This document shows, one piece after another, positions 35,754-43,879 of a stretch of 64,000 nucleotides of DNA (the stretch's first letter is position 1; the number at the start of each line of letters is the position of its first letter). The position numbers and the translations under genes were made by a program. The notes below the pieces were generated by a model. The model searched no databases, was not told the origin of the DNA, and was given only the letters and a program-made list of their open reading frames with translations. The DNA comes from an uncultured virus (IMG/VR IMGVR_UViG_3300042886_000689) (lineage: Duplodnaviria > Heunggongvirae > Uroviricota > Caudoviricetes), in IMG/VR virus record IMGVR_UViG_3300042886_000689. One strand, given 5' to 3'.

Positions 35754-38618
35754 TTAAACATCAACTGCGTATGTTACGAAAATATAGTCACCATCAACAA
35801 TTGCTTCCGTACCGCCAACTGCAAAGTCACCAATCCAAGTAAGACGAGTTACACCATTGACAACTGAAACAGAAAAGTCTTCATCTTGGTGAACCATTAG
35901 ACGACCTACGGCTACAACAAGTGAATTGTTAATTGCCAAAAACTCAAGGTCGACTGAAACTAGTTCAGAAGGTTGGTCAATTTCAAATTTCATCTTGTGA
36001 AATGTAGGGCCATCCACCTGAGCTTCGATGCTATCAATTCTTGAATCAAGGGAAACAAGTTCTGAGTTAATGTTCAGGACTTGTGACTTGATGATAGTAA
36101 CATCTGACTCAATCAAGTTTTCCTTGTTTGTGGCACGAGTAATTTCCAACTGAAGGCCATCACTAGTAGACTCAATAGATGATTCTAAATCACTATCTTG
36201 CTGATCAACGTATTCCTTGGTAGTCAAAGAAGATTGAGTCAATGGCATAAAAGGAATACCATTTTCAGAAACTTCAACACCCGTTCCGCAATTCATTACA
36301 ATAGAAAAACCACTTCCATTATCTAACATTACTTGTTCATAATTAAAGTGACCTGTTTGCCCATCAGTACCATAAATCTCCATAGCTCCAGCATAAACTT
36401 CTACCGACGAGCCAGATTCATCGCTAAAAGTTAACATTCCTGAAATATTATCACCGCTACGATTTACCTTACTATCTTCAAGCCCTTGCTCAACGCCCAT
36501 AGCGCGTTCCATTTCAGTATCAAGGTTTGATTGAATTAAACTTTCCGCTGCCATAGCTCTTGAGATTTCATCTCCAAGTGAACCAGCGGCAGAACCAGTA
36601 AGTGCATCAATCTGAGACTGTAATGAATTCTCAATCACCATTGCACGAGAAGTCTCAGCAATATCAGCGTCAATCAATAAATTAATATCAATTGTTCTGT
36701 TTTCCATTTCTTCTTCGATCTGAACTTGGAGGCCAAGTTCCGCTGCTACGGCACGAGATTGCTCATCCAAATCACCCTGCTCTCTATCCATAACTTCTTG
36801 TGACAACGCAGAAGAAATTGAACTTTCAGCAGAAGATGAGCGATTTGTCTCATTAATAATTGACTGAGCAAGTGACGCTTCAACTAATTGAGCACGAGAC
36901 ATTTCCGATGAATCACCAGCGACTCTATCAAGAATTTCTTGAGCTAATCCAGAAGAGATTGAAGACTCCATTCCTTGAGCACGATTTTGCTCATTAAGAA
37001 TTGACTGAGCCAAAGAACCTTCAACTCCTTGAGCACGAACTTGTTCATCAATTACGTTTTGTGCTCTATCAAGTGCTTCTTGAGATACGCTTGAAGCAAG
37101 TGACATTTCTGCAATTTCAGCACGATTTTTTTCATCAACAATCGACTGTGCCAAAGAACTTTCTGCCGCCATTGCTCTTGATTGCTCGGAACCGATAGCC
37201 GAACTTGCATTGGAAGCTAAAAGTTCAATTGATGCTTGAAGTGAACCATCCATCTCTTGAAAAGCTGAAACGATTTCAGTCAATGAATCAATTGCAGCAG
37301 GGTCAGTGTTTTGTTTAACAAAATCGAGGGCATTTTGTACTGAAACAATTGACTGAGCGAGTGAAGATTCTACGCCTTCAGCACGATTTTTCTCAGACGA
37401 GATTGCAAGCGAGAGCGAAGTTTCTACGCCTTCAGCACGAATTTGCTCATCAAGAATATCTTGAGCAAGTGAACCTTCAACGTCTTGTGCTCTGTTTTGT
37501 TCGTCAATTACATCTTGTTCTCTATCAAGAACTTCCTGAGCAATGCTTGAAGCGATTGAAGATTCAGAAGCTTCAGCACGATTTTTTTCAGATACGATAG
37601 AAGCGGCTAAAGATGATTCAGAGTTTTCAGCACGAGATTTTTCTGTAGATACAGATTGCGCCAATGAACTTTCAGAAGCCATTGCACGAGATGTTTCATC
37701 GTCAAGGTCTGAGCGAAGGTCTTGAGAGTGTCCATCAAGGTCGTCAAGGTCTGATCGAAGTTCTTGAGCGTAACCATCGAGATCATCCATTGAAGAAGAC
37801 AAAGAACTTTCTGCGGCCATAGCTCTTGATTGTTCAGAAGACGCAGCTTCAGACAAGGATTGTTCAGAAGCTTGTGCTCTTGATTGTTCAGACGACAAAG
37901 CTTGAGACAAAGATTGTTCAGAAGCTTGTGCTCTTGATTGTTCAGACGACAAAGCTTGAGACAAGGACTGTTCAGAAGCTTGTGCTCTTGAAACTTCATT
38001 TGCAAGGTCAGAAGAAGTTGATGAGCTAAGAGAAGTAATTTGGGATTGAAGTGAACCTTCTACCCCTGTAGCACGACTTTGCTCATCGCTAACAGCGGCG
38101 ATACGAGCAAAAACTTCATCTGCTACTGATTGAGCAAGTGAAGCTTCAGAAATTTGAGCGCGTGATTGTTCGCTTGAGTCACCATCAATTCTTGACTGAG
38201 CTTCAGACGAGATTGCTTGTGCCAAAGACGACTCGGCTGCTTGTGCTCTTGAAATTTCTGAAGCAAGGCTTCCTTCAACTGATGTGAAGTGAGCAAGAAT
38301 TGTTTGACCAAAGTTCTCATCAGAACCAAGGGCATCAGCAAGCTCTTTTAGAGTGTTTAAAAGGTCAGGTGCCCCATTTACTAGGTCAGAAATTTTCTGA
38401 TCAGTATAGGCTTCTGACTCTGCTTTAAAAGCAACTTCGGCTGGGGCATTGGAAACTGAGTTAAAGGCCATAACTTTATTGTTTTGGCCAAGTTTGATTA
38501 AGCTAACTTCAACTTGTGAGCTTGTTAAAGCTTTAACAGATTGACCGTCTTCTAATCGGAATTTATCTCCATCAACAGAATACTGTTTGAGGGAGCGTTT
38601 ACGGATTTGCTGTGACAT
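35754..38618 (-). CDS. Long coiled-coil fibre protein
   Basis: Start MSQQIRK with AGGAG RBS; LVNGAPDLLNTLKELADALG motif; many ExxRAxxxExSL 11/18-aa repeats; C-terminal beta domain. Confidence 0.85.
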   Translation of the reverse strand: MSQQIRKRSLKQYSVDGDKFRLEDGQSVKALTSSQVEVSLIKLGQNNKVMAFNSVSNAPAEVAFKAESEAYTDQKISDLVNGAPDLLNTLKELADALGSDENFGQTILAHFTSVEGSLASEISRAQAAESSLAQAISSEAQSRIDGDSSEQSRAQISEASLAQSVADEVFARIAAVSDEQSRATGVEGSLQSQITSLSSSTSSDLANEVSRAQASEQSLSQALSSEQSRAQASEQSLSQALSSEQSRAQASEQSLSEAASSEQSRAMAAESSLSSSMDDLDGYAQELRSDLDDLDGHSQDLRSDLDDETSRAMASESSLAQSVSTEKSRAENSESSLAASIVSEKNRAEASESSIASSIAQEVLDREQDVIDEQNRAQDVEGSLAQDILDEQIRAEGVETSLSLAISSEKNRAEGVESSLAQSIVSVQNALDFVKQNTDPAAIDSLTEIVSAFQEMDGSLQASIELLASNASSAIGSEQSRAMAAESSLAQSIVDEKNRAEIAEMSLASSVSQEALDRAQNVIDEQVRAQGVEGSLAQSILNEQNRAQGMESSISSGLAQEILDRVAGDSSEMSRAQLVEASLAQSIINETNRSSSAESSISSALSQEVMDREQGDLDEQSRAVAAELGLQVQIEEEMENRTIDINLLIDADIAETSRAMVIENSLQSQIDALTGSAAGSLGDEISRAMAAESLIQSNLDTEMERAMGVEQGLEDSKVNRSGDNISGMLTFSDESGSSVEVYAGAMEIYGTDGQTGHFNYEQVMLDNGSGFSIVMNCGTGVEVSENGIPFMPLTQSSLTTKEYVDQQDSDLESSIESTSDGLQLEITRATNKENLIESDVTIIKSQVLNINSELVSLDSRIDSIEAQVDGPTFHKMKFEIDQPSELVSVDLEFLAINNSLVVAVGRLMVHQDEDFSVSVVNGVTRLTWIGDFAVGGTEAIVDGDYIFVTYAVDV
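37822..37990 (-). repeat. Three 54-bp tandem repeats
   Basis: Encodes SRAQASEQSLSQALSSEQ about three times. Confidence 0.9.
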
Positions 38619-38990
38619 TAGAACTCCTATGTGTTTAAAGCTACTTGAGTCTTTCAAGTAGTGCGTGAATACAAGGTAATAGACTCCTAGAAACATTAAT
38701 TTCTAGGATTTGCCATTTTTTGAATATGAGATTTAATTAATTAAGATAATTTTAATTTTTCGATTTGAGCCGCAAAAAGCATCTAAAGATTTTTTAGCTT
38801 CAGTGACAATCATGGAAATCCCCTCATGGAATTTAAAAATTAAATTGAAATAGAAAAACCGAGTTAATCAAGCTGACTTTGGGTCATTCTGAAAAAGAGG
38901 ATTACTCTTGAGGAATCGGCGCAGGAATTTCAATATCTTCATCTGAAACTGGTGGTCTTGCTTGTGACATAAAAACTCCCTCAATAGAAT

Positions 38991-39458
38991 CTATAAATTA
39001 TACAAATAAATAAATTTAACTTCATCGCCGATTTCAAGAACATTTGGAAGATCGAACCCATCCCAAGAAACAATGTTTCCCTCAACTCCAAAATCGGTCA
39101 TGCCGAACTGTGGCAAGGTTTCTTTAATCAGCATTACTATTTTAGCACTAATTGGCGCGTGGGGCAATACTATTTGCTGTAAATCCCATATCTCCTGAGT
39201 GATAACTGAAGAGAAAATATCAAAATTTCCCGTCCCTGCCTCTAAAGCCTCAATTCGAGATGTTAGTGACTCAATGTGAGAAATCAGGGCGACTTGATCT
39301 TCCCCGACATAGGGAGGATGTAGAAATTCGATAATGTCCGATGTATTTACTCTTAGAACTTTTATGTCTCTGCGCCCGTCATACGAGCGGTAAACGAACC
39401 AATCATTGTTTCGTACCCTTAAGGACTCACTCGATGCACCAATTCTTTCAAATGCCAT
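38991..39458 (-). CDS. Short fibre-family paralogue (shared N- and C-domains, minimal stalk)
   Basis: N-terminus resembles the 62012 ORF; C-terminus resembles the 61709 ORF. Confidence 0.75.
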   Translation of the reverse strand: MAFERIGASSESLRVRNNDWFVYRSYDGRRDIKVLRVNTSDIIEFLHPPYVGEDQVALISHIESLTSRIEALEAGTGNFDIFSSVITQEIWDLQQIVLPHAPISAKIVMLIKETLPQFGMTDFGVEGNIVSWDGFDLPNVLEIGDEVKFIYLYNL

Positions 39459-39610
39459 TTTTTCTCCACCAGTCAGAACATTTTATAGTGCATCGGCAAA
39501 TCGGGCAAGTAATAATACTCACTTAACAAAAAGTTTAGAAAATTCTTGTCAATAACAGAAATAAAAGGTCATTATTGATAAAGAATCAATAATTTGAATA
39601 GGGGTATGTC

Positions 39611-40048
39611 ATGTACGTTAGATTGTACCGAGAGGCATCTGGAAAGGTTTACTTACAACAATTACTTACGCTCAAACAAATGCCACAAAACGGTAAAGCG
39701 ATGGAACAAGTTCAAAAATGGGAAAATGTTTCAACAATGGGTGATGGTCAGACAGAAGCCTTTAACCTTCCAATCTCAAGCTCGTGCGGAATTATGCTGT
39801 TTGAAAGCAGAGAGACTATTTTCTCATCAGTAAGCGAGGGGCATAAAGAAGTCACTGTGACTTATTCAGTGAGTGCTTTAGACGTTTACAAGATAACGCC
39901 AAAAGAAAACGGAGTTCAGATTTTCACAAAAGATAAATTGTCATTATTCATTAATATGTCCTACCATGAATTTACTGAACTTATGATTTCACTTTTAAAT
40001 AACTACAAGCTAATTAAATTTGGTCTTGACGGAAAGATCATTAAATAA
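39611..40048 (+). CDS. Hypothetical protein
   Basis: First gene of the + block after a divergent intergenic region. Confidence 0.7.
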   Translation: MYVRLYREASGKVYLQQLLTLKQMPQNGKAMEQVQKWENVSTMGDGQTEAFNLPISSSCGIMLFESRETIFSSVSEGHKEVTVTYSVSALDVYKITPKENGVQIFTKDKLSLFINMSYHEFTELMISLLNNYKLIKFGLDGKIIK

Positions 40049-40062
40049 CAACGGAGAAAATT

Positions 40063-40341
40063 ATGGCCAAGAAAAAAGCAGTTCAACAAGAAATTATTAC
40101 AGTAGTCGAAAAAGCTGAAGTAGTAGACGCAGGATTAAACATTCAACTATTAAAAAGCATCGCTGATTCAAGCATCCAAGAGTATGAACTTGATGGAATC
40201 GTTATCGTTGCAGTAAAGAAAGGTGTTTTTGTTCCTTTCGTGCAAGCTAGAAATGTTACCGATCTAATCACACTTGATTTTATTGCAAAAAGAGAAATTT
40301 CAAAAATCCTTGATAACGTCATGACTTCACAGCAAAAATAA
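40063..40341 (+). CDS. Hypothetical protein
   Basis: GGAG RBS; followed by a terminator. Confidence 0.75.
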   Translation: MAKKKAVQQEIITVVEKAEVVDAGLNIQLLKSIADSSIQEYELDGIVIVAVKKGVFVPFVQARNVTDLITLDFIAKREISKILDNVMTSQQK

Positions 40342-40343
40342 TA

Positions 40344-40372
40344 AAGAGGGGCTTCGGCCCCTTTCTTTTTTT
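40344..40372 (+). terminator. Intrinsic terminator
   Basis: aggggc-ttcg-gcccct plus T-run. Confidence 0.85.
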
Positions 40373-40400
40373 GACAATGATGAAAAAAGAAACATACGAT
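40371..40400 (+). promoter_or_regulatory. Sigma70-like promoter
   Basis: TTGACA-18 nt-TACGAT. Confidence 0.6.
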
Positions 40401-40430
40401 TAATGAATAGAAACTGAATGGGAGACAATT

Positions 40431-40727
40431 ATGAAAGCTTTATTTTTTCTCTACGATGCAACAATTAGTATAGTTGATAATATGTTTAGCCGACGATGGT
40501 GGTACGTTTGGTTCTTCCAAGCAACATTCCTTCTAATCCTTGCAGACAGGATTTCTTCTGATTCAAAAAATTCAAATCTATATATTCTAATGATGGCGTG
40601 GACAACGACCGTTGTGGTTCTTTTAAATGTTGAAGCTTGCTATTCAGACCATCTAAGATCGCTTTTAAAAAAGGTGAGTTACTTAAACATGGCCAAAGCA
40701 AGCATGGATGAATTAAAAGCAGATTAG
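40431..40727 (+). CDS. Small membrane protein
   Basis: Two hydrophobic segments; GGGAG RBS. Confidence 0.65.
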   Translation: MKALFFLYDATISIVDNMFSRRWWYVWFFQATFLLILADRISSDSKNSNLYILMMAWTTTVVVLLNVEACYSDHLRSLLKKVSYLNMAKASMDELKAD

Positions 40728-40736
40728 GAGCGTTGC

Positions 40737-40997
40737 ATGATTATTTCTGTAGTTGATGACAAAGCGCAAGAATTCGTAAATACATCTCCCTTATTCAAGA
40801 AACTCGCAAAGAAGAAATATATTTACAGTATTGTTGCTTATACAAATAAGAAAAATGATATTAGAATTTTTATCCGTGAAGAAGTTGGGAAAAAGCAAAG
40901 CGTCACATGGTTATCGGAAAGTGACATAGAAGCTTGGACTGATTCATCTTCACAGTCATATATGCACTTTTCAAAAAAAGAGACTCCATGCACCTGA
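40737..40997 (+). CDS. Hypothetical protein
   Basis: AGGAG RBS. Confidence 0.65.
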   Translation: MIISVVDDKAQEFVNTSPLFKKLAKKKYIYSIVAYTNKKNDIRIFIREEVGKKQSVTWLSESDIEAWTDSSSQSYMHFSKKETPCT

Positions 40998-41569
40998 TCA
41001 AGAAGTTAGTTTTTCAAACAAATGCAATTATCATTGCCTTTCTAGTCTTGTTTAGTTGCTCAACCAATAATCAGTCAAAACCTGTTCAAATTGAATTTAA
41101 TACTGACTCAAGGCTCCACGAAGTCATTTCTACTGAAAGACGCTTTGTACTTTCAAAAGGCATCAAGCAATACGCAAACGAAGCCACTAGGGCCGAAAAC
41201 TTCTTTGACTACCTTAATACTCATCGTGGAGTCGTTACGAGGCTCACGTTTGATTATACAACTGACACTCGTGAAATCCTGCTTGTTAAAATAAAACAGT
41301 CTGAGGGCCTGATATTGAGTCGTGCTGATGTTTATTCTCCACTATGGAGATTTTCAGATGTTATAGCCTACCATAAAGACAATGTTATCTATTTCAACCG
41401 CTACAAACTCAAAAGATCGGCTTGTGAGATAATTGCTACCTTCGTTCACGAATATATGCACCGCTTGGGATACGCTCACGGCGACAACAATCCAACCAGT
41501 AAAGAAAATTCCGTTCCATACTTTATGGGAAACCTTGCAAAAGAAACCTGTATCAAGGGCGATATATGA
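40988..41569 (+). CDS. Lipoprotein HExxH zincin-like metalloprotease (paralogue of 808-1437)
   Basis: Lipobox-like LVLFSC; TFVHEYMHRLGYAH; SVPY..G. Confidence 0.7.
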   Translation: MHLIKKLVFQTNAIIIAFLVLFSCSTNNQSKPVQIEFNTDSRLHEVISTERRFVLSKGIKQYANEATRAENFFDYLNTHRGVVTRLTFDYTTDTREILLVKIKQSEGLILSRADVYSPLWRFSDVIAYHKDNVIYFNRYKLKRSACEIIATFVHEYMHRLGYAHGDNNPTSKENSVPYFMGNLAKETCIKGDI

Positions 41570-41817
41570 AAACACTTGATGACATTAAAAAAGAAGCAAT
41601 CTTTGAGAGAGTTATTTTCTTTGATGGGCATCAACACAGGGCCGCTGAATCCCTTGATATTTCTCAACGTGGTCTTCGATACATCTTGTCCAGAATTAAG
41701 CAAGATGACCCTGAATTATTTTCAACATTACCTAAATACAAATACGTTAAACCTCACTTAAAAGACGACTTCGCCGAAAAATGGGAAGCCGAAAATAAAT
41801 TAAACGAAATCGAATAG
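41566..41817 (+). CDS. Fis-like (HTH_8) DNA-binding protein
   Basis: TLDDIKKEAIFERVIFFDGHQHRAAESLDISQRGLRYIL resembles the NtrC/Fis C-terminal HTH. Confidence 0.75.
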   Translation: MKTLDDIKKEAIFERVIFFDGHQHRAAESLDISQRGLRYILSRIKQDDPELFSTLPKYKYVKPHLKDDFAEKWEAENKLNEIE

Positions 41818-41844
41818 ACATTTTTGAAATGCTTGTGGCATAAT
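41815..41844 (+). promoter_or_regulatory. Promoter for tRNA-Gln
   Basis: TAGACA-18 nt-CATAAT just upstream of the tRNA. Confidence 0.5.
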
Positions 41845-41857
41845 TTTCCCTATTAGT

Positions 41858-41931
41858 TGAGCTATCGACAAGTGGTAAGTCAGCAGATTTTGATTCTGCG
41901 ATCATAGGTTCGACCCCTATTAGCTCAACCA
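41858..41931 (+). tRNA. tRNA-Gln (anticodon TTG)
   Basis: Acceptor tgagcta/tagctca, D-arm gac..gtc, anticodon arm gcaga-tt TTG at-tctgc, T-arm atagg-ttcgacc-cctat, encoded CCA. Confidence 0.95.
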
Positions 41932-41960
41932 TTAAAAACGAATAGTAACGAGGAGGAAGT

Positions 41961-42242
41961 ATGAGTTCAAATGTTTCATTGAAGGAATTGTCTATAAGTG
42001 CTTTAAAAAGCCTTGCCCAAGACATTAGAATCCAAGTTGGCCTAGGGCTTCTTAGTAATAAAGAAGCTCACGACAGAATCAACGTGATTAGTGTTGTGCT
42101 GATGCAAAAAGAAATGGCAAAAATCGAAGAAGATATTGCTGCTAGTGATCTTACGAATGAAGAATATGATGATTACTTGTTTCGTGAGAGCGATGGAATA
42201 CCTCTCGGTGATGAATTAATGACTAATGGCTGGGCTGATTAA
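41961..42242 (+). CDS. Hypothetical protein
   Basis: GAGGAGG RBS. Confidence 0.7.
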   Translation: MSSNVSLKELSISALKSLAQDIRIQVGLGLLSNKEAHDRINVISVVLMQKEMAKIEEDIAASDLTNEEYDDYLFRESDGIPLGDELMTNGWAD

Positions 42243-42243
42243 C

Positions 42244-42522
42244 ATGAAAAAGTGCAATATGTGTGCTTTGGAAAAACCCCTTGATGAATTTCAATTAAAA
42301 GACAAGACAAAAGGATTTTCCCTTAGAGGGAATTGTCGCCCATGCCGCGCCCTTGAAATGAGAAATTGGCGTAAAACTGGCACAACGTCTAAAAACTCCC
42401 TTGAAAGCAAATCTATGGCCCATTTAGAGCGCACCCTGACCGCTTTAAAGCTTGCCTATGCAAAACATGGAATTATAATTACTAAAAGACAAAACATAAC
42501 TGGGAGCAAACATGACTCGTGA
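42244..42522 (+). CDS. Zinc-finger protein (CxxC...CxxC)
   Basis: KKCNMCALEKPLDEF...NCRPCR. Confidence 0.65.
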   Translation: MKKCNMCALEKPLDEFQLKDKTKGFSLRGNCRPCRALEMRNWRKTGTTSKNSLESKSMAHLERTLTALKLAYAKHGIIITKRQNITGSKHDS

Positions 42523-42802
42523 TGAATTTTTAGTATTTCAAAGAGAAGCCTTTAACAAGGCAGCCGCCACTAATGATACTGAAATGTTGATTGATTTTGC
42601 TAACTTTTGCGAGCTAGTGCAAGGGTATTTAAAATCAAAGAAAGTTGATACATCAATTACCGTGACTCCTAATCAGAGTGTTGGCATTGCAAATGTAACG
42701 GTAACTACAGCCTCGGCAGCGGCACCCCATAGAAGAATGGGAGTCCCAGATGTTGCTCGCGCTCTCGCGGCTTCGCAAGACACAAAATCAAACAGCCTCT
42801 AG
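42512..42802 (+). CDS. Hypothetical protein
   Basis: GGGAG RBS; operon packing. Confidence 0.65.
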   Translation: MTRDEFLVFQREAFNKAAATNDTEMLIDFANFCELVQGYLKSKKVDTSITVTPNQSVGIANVTVTTASAAAPHRRMGVPDVARALAASQDTKSNSL

Positions 42803-42811
42803 GAGAAAGTC

Positions 42812-43087
42812 ATGGCAAGAGAATTTAAAGAAGTTGCTTCTATTCGCACCGACTTAAATAAATACGGAGAAGGTTATGATAGGATTTTTGGGAAGAAAAA
42901 TAGCACAGAAGTTGAATCCGAGCCTGATAGAGAAAGCAGCAAAGAAGAAGCTCTCGAAATCAAGAAAATCGCTAGGGAATCATATCGTGAAAATAGTGGT
43001 GAACAAGGTTCTGAAGGCTTTCCAGAGTCATCAAGTTTCATATACGGCTTCATTCAAGGCTATCAAGCGGCAAAAAAGGGAAGATAA
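42812..43087 (+). CDS. Hypothetical protein
   Basis: AGGAG RBS; YGEGYDRIFGKK motif. Confidence 0.7.
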   Translation: MAREFKEVASIRTDLNKYGEGYDRIFGKKNSTEVESEPDRESSKEEALEIKKIARESYRENSGEQGSEGFPESSSFIYGFIQGYQAAKKGR

Positions 43088-43267
43088 ATGAACTTTATTA
43101 CATATATCGCAACAATGTTTAGATGCGCGATTCATACAATCACTAACCCAAAAGGTGATCATCGCTTCATGACTGTTCATACCCGAGATGGAAAGAATCA
43201 TTATTTCTGTACCTGTGAATTTGAGTCATTGGTGAGAAAGCTGGGGCAAGAAGATGAGAGTTTTTAA
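43088..43267 (+). CDS. Small hypothetical protein (59 aa), not in ORF track
   Basis: Starts directly after the previous stop and fills the gap exactly; C/H-rich. Confidence 0.55.
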   Translation: MNFITYIATMFRCAIHTITNPKGDHRFMTVHTRDGKNHYFCTCEFESLVRKLGQEDESF

Positions 43268-43268
43268 C

Positions 43269-43463
43269 ATGGATTTATTTAATATTCCGCTACCAATAGT
43301 CGAGTTTGCTTTTCACTTCCTTGCAGGAGTCCTTTACTTTGTATGCGGAGGAATTTTCGCTACTTCTGAAGACGATGATACTGTCATTATCTTCATGGGT
43401 TTATTAAGCCTCGCCATTGTTTTCAATATTATGGGCTATATGGTAAATTATGTCCCACGTTAA
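43269..43463 (+). CDS. Small membrane protein
   Basis: Two TM segments. Confidence 0.55.
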   Translation: MDLFNIPLPIVEFAFHFLAGVLYFVCGGIFATSEDDDTVIIFMGLLSLAIVFNIMGYMVNYVPR

Positions 43464-43872
43464 GCAAAAGCATGACTGGGATTGCGTTATTGCTTCAATA
43501 GCTATGATGGCAGGGGTTGAATACAATGACGTTTTAAAAACCTATATTAAGCTTTATCCAAAGCACCAGAAAAGCGGTCTTAACGATGATGAAATCTTTC
43601 ATATTCTATCCCAGTTCGGTATTCGTCCAAAAATAATTGATGCAGTTGTTAAAAACTTGTCAGGAATCATGTTTCTTCCATCTAAAAATGACAAGGGTGG
43701 AAGTCATGCAGTTTATTTTACAGGTGATGAGATATTTGACCCAAATTATAGGATTAAGGGCAAAAAATATTACGCCAAAAAGATTCCTAAGAAATTTCCT
43801 CACGGTACTCAGATGGTTGTAGACAAGAATAACCCAATGAGCAAAAATGTTTTAAGGAAACTTAAACATTAG
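43450..43872 (+). CDS. Peptidase C39-like (papain-fold) protein
   Basis: VKQKHDWDCVIASIAM (Q..C), SHAVYF (H), IFDP (D). Confidence 0.7.
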   Translation: MSHVKQKHDWDCVIASIAMMAGVEYNDVLKTYIKLYPKHQKSGLNDDEIFHILSQFGIRPKIIDAVVKNLSGIMFLPSKNDKGGSHAVYFTGDEIFDPNYRIKGKKYYAKKIPKKFPHGTQMVVDKNNPMSKNVLRKLKH

Positions 43873-43879
43873 GCCCTAG

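Noticed and set aside
37001..38341. Several short ORFs inside the coiled-coil fibre gene
   Set aside because: Shadow frames of repetitive coding sequence.
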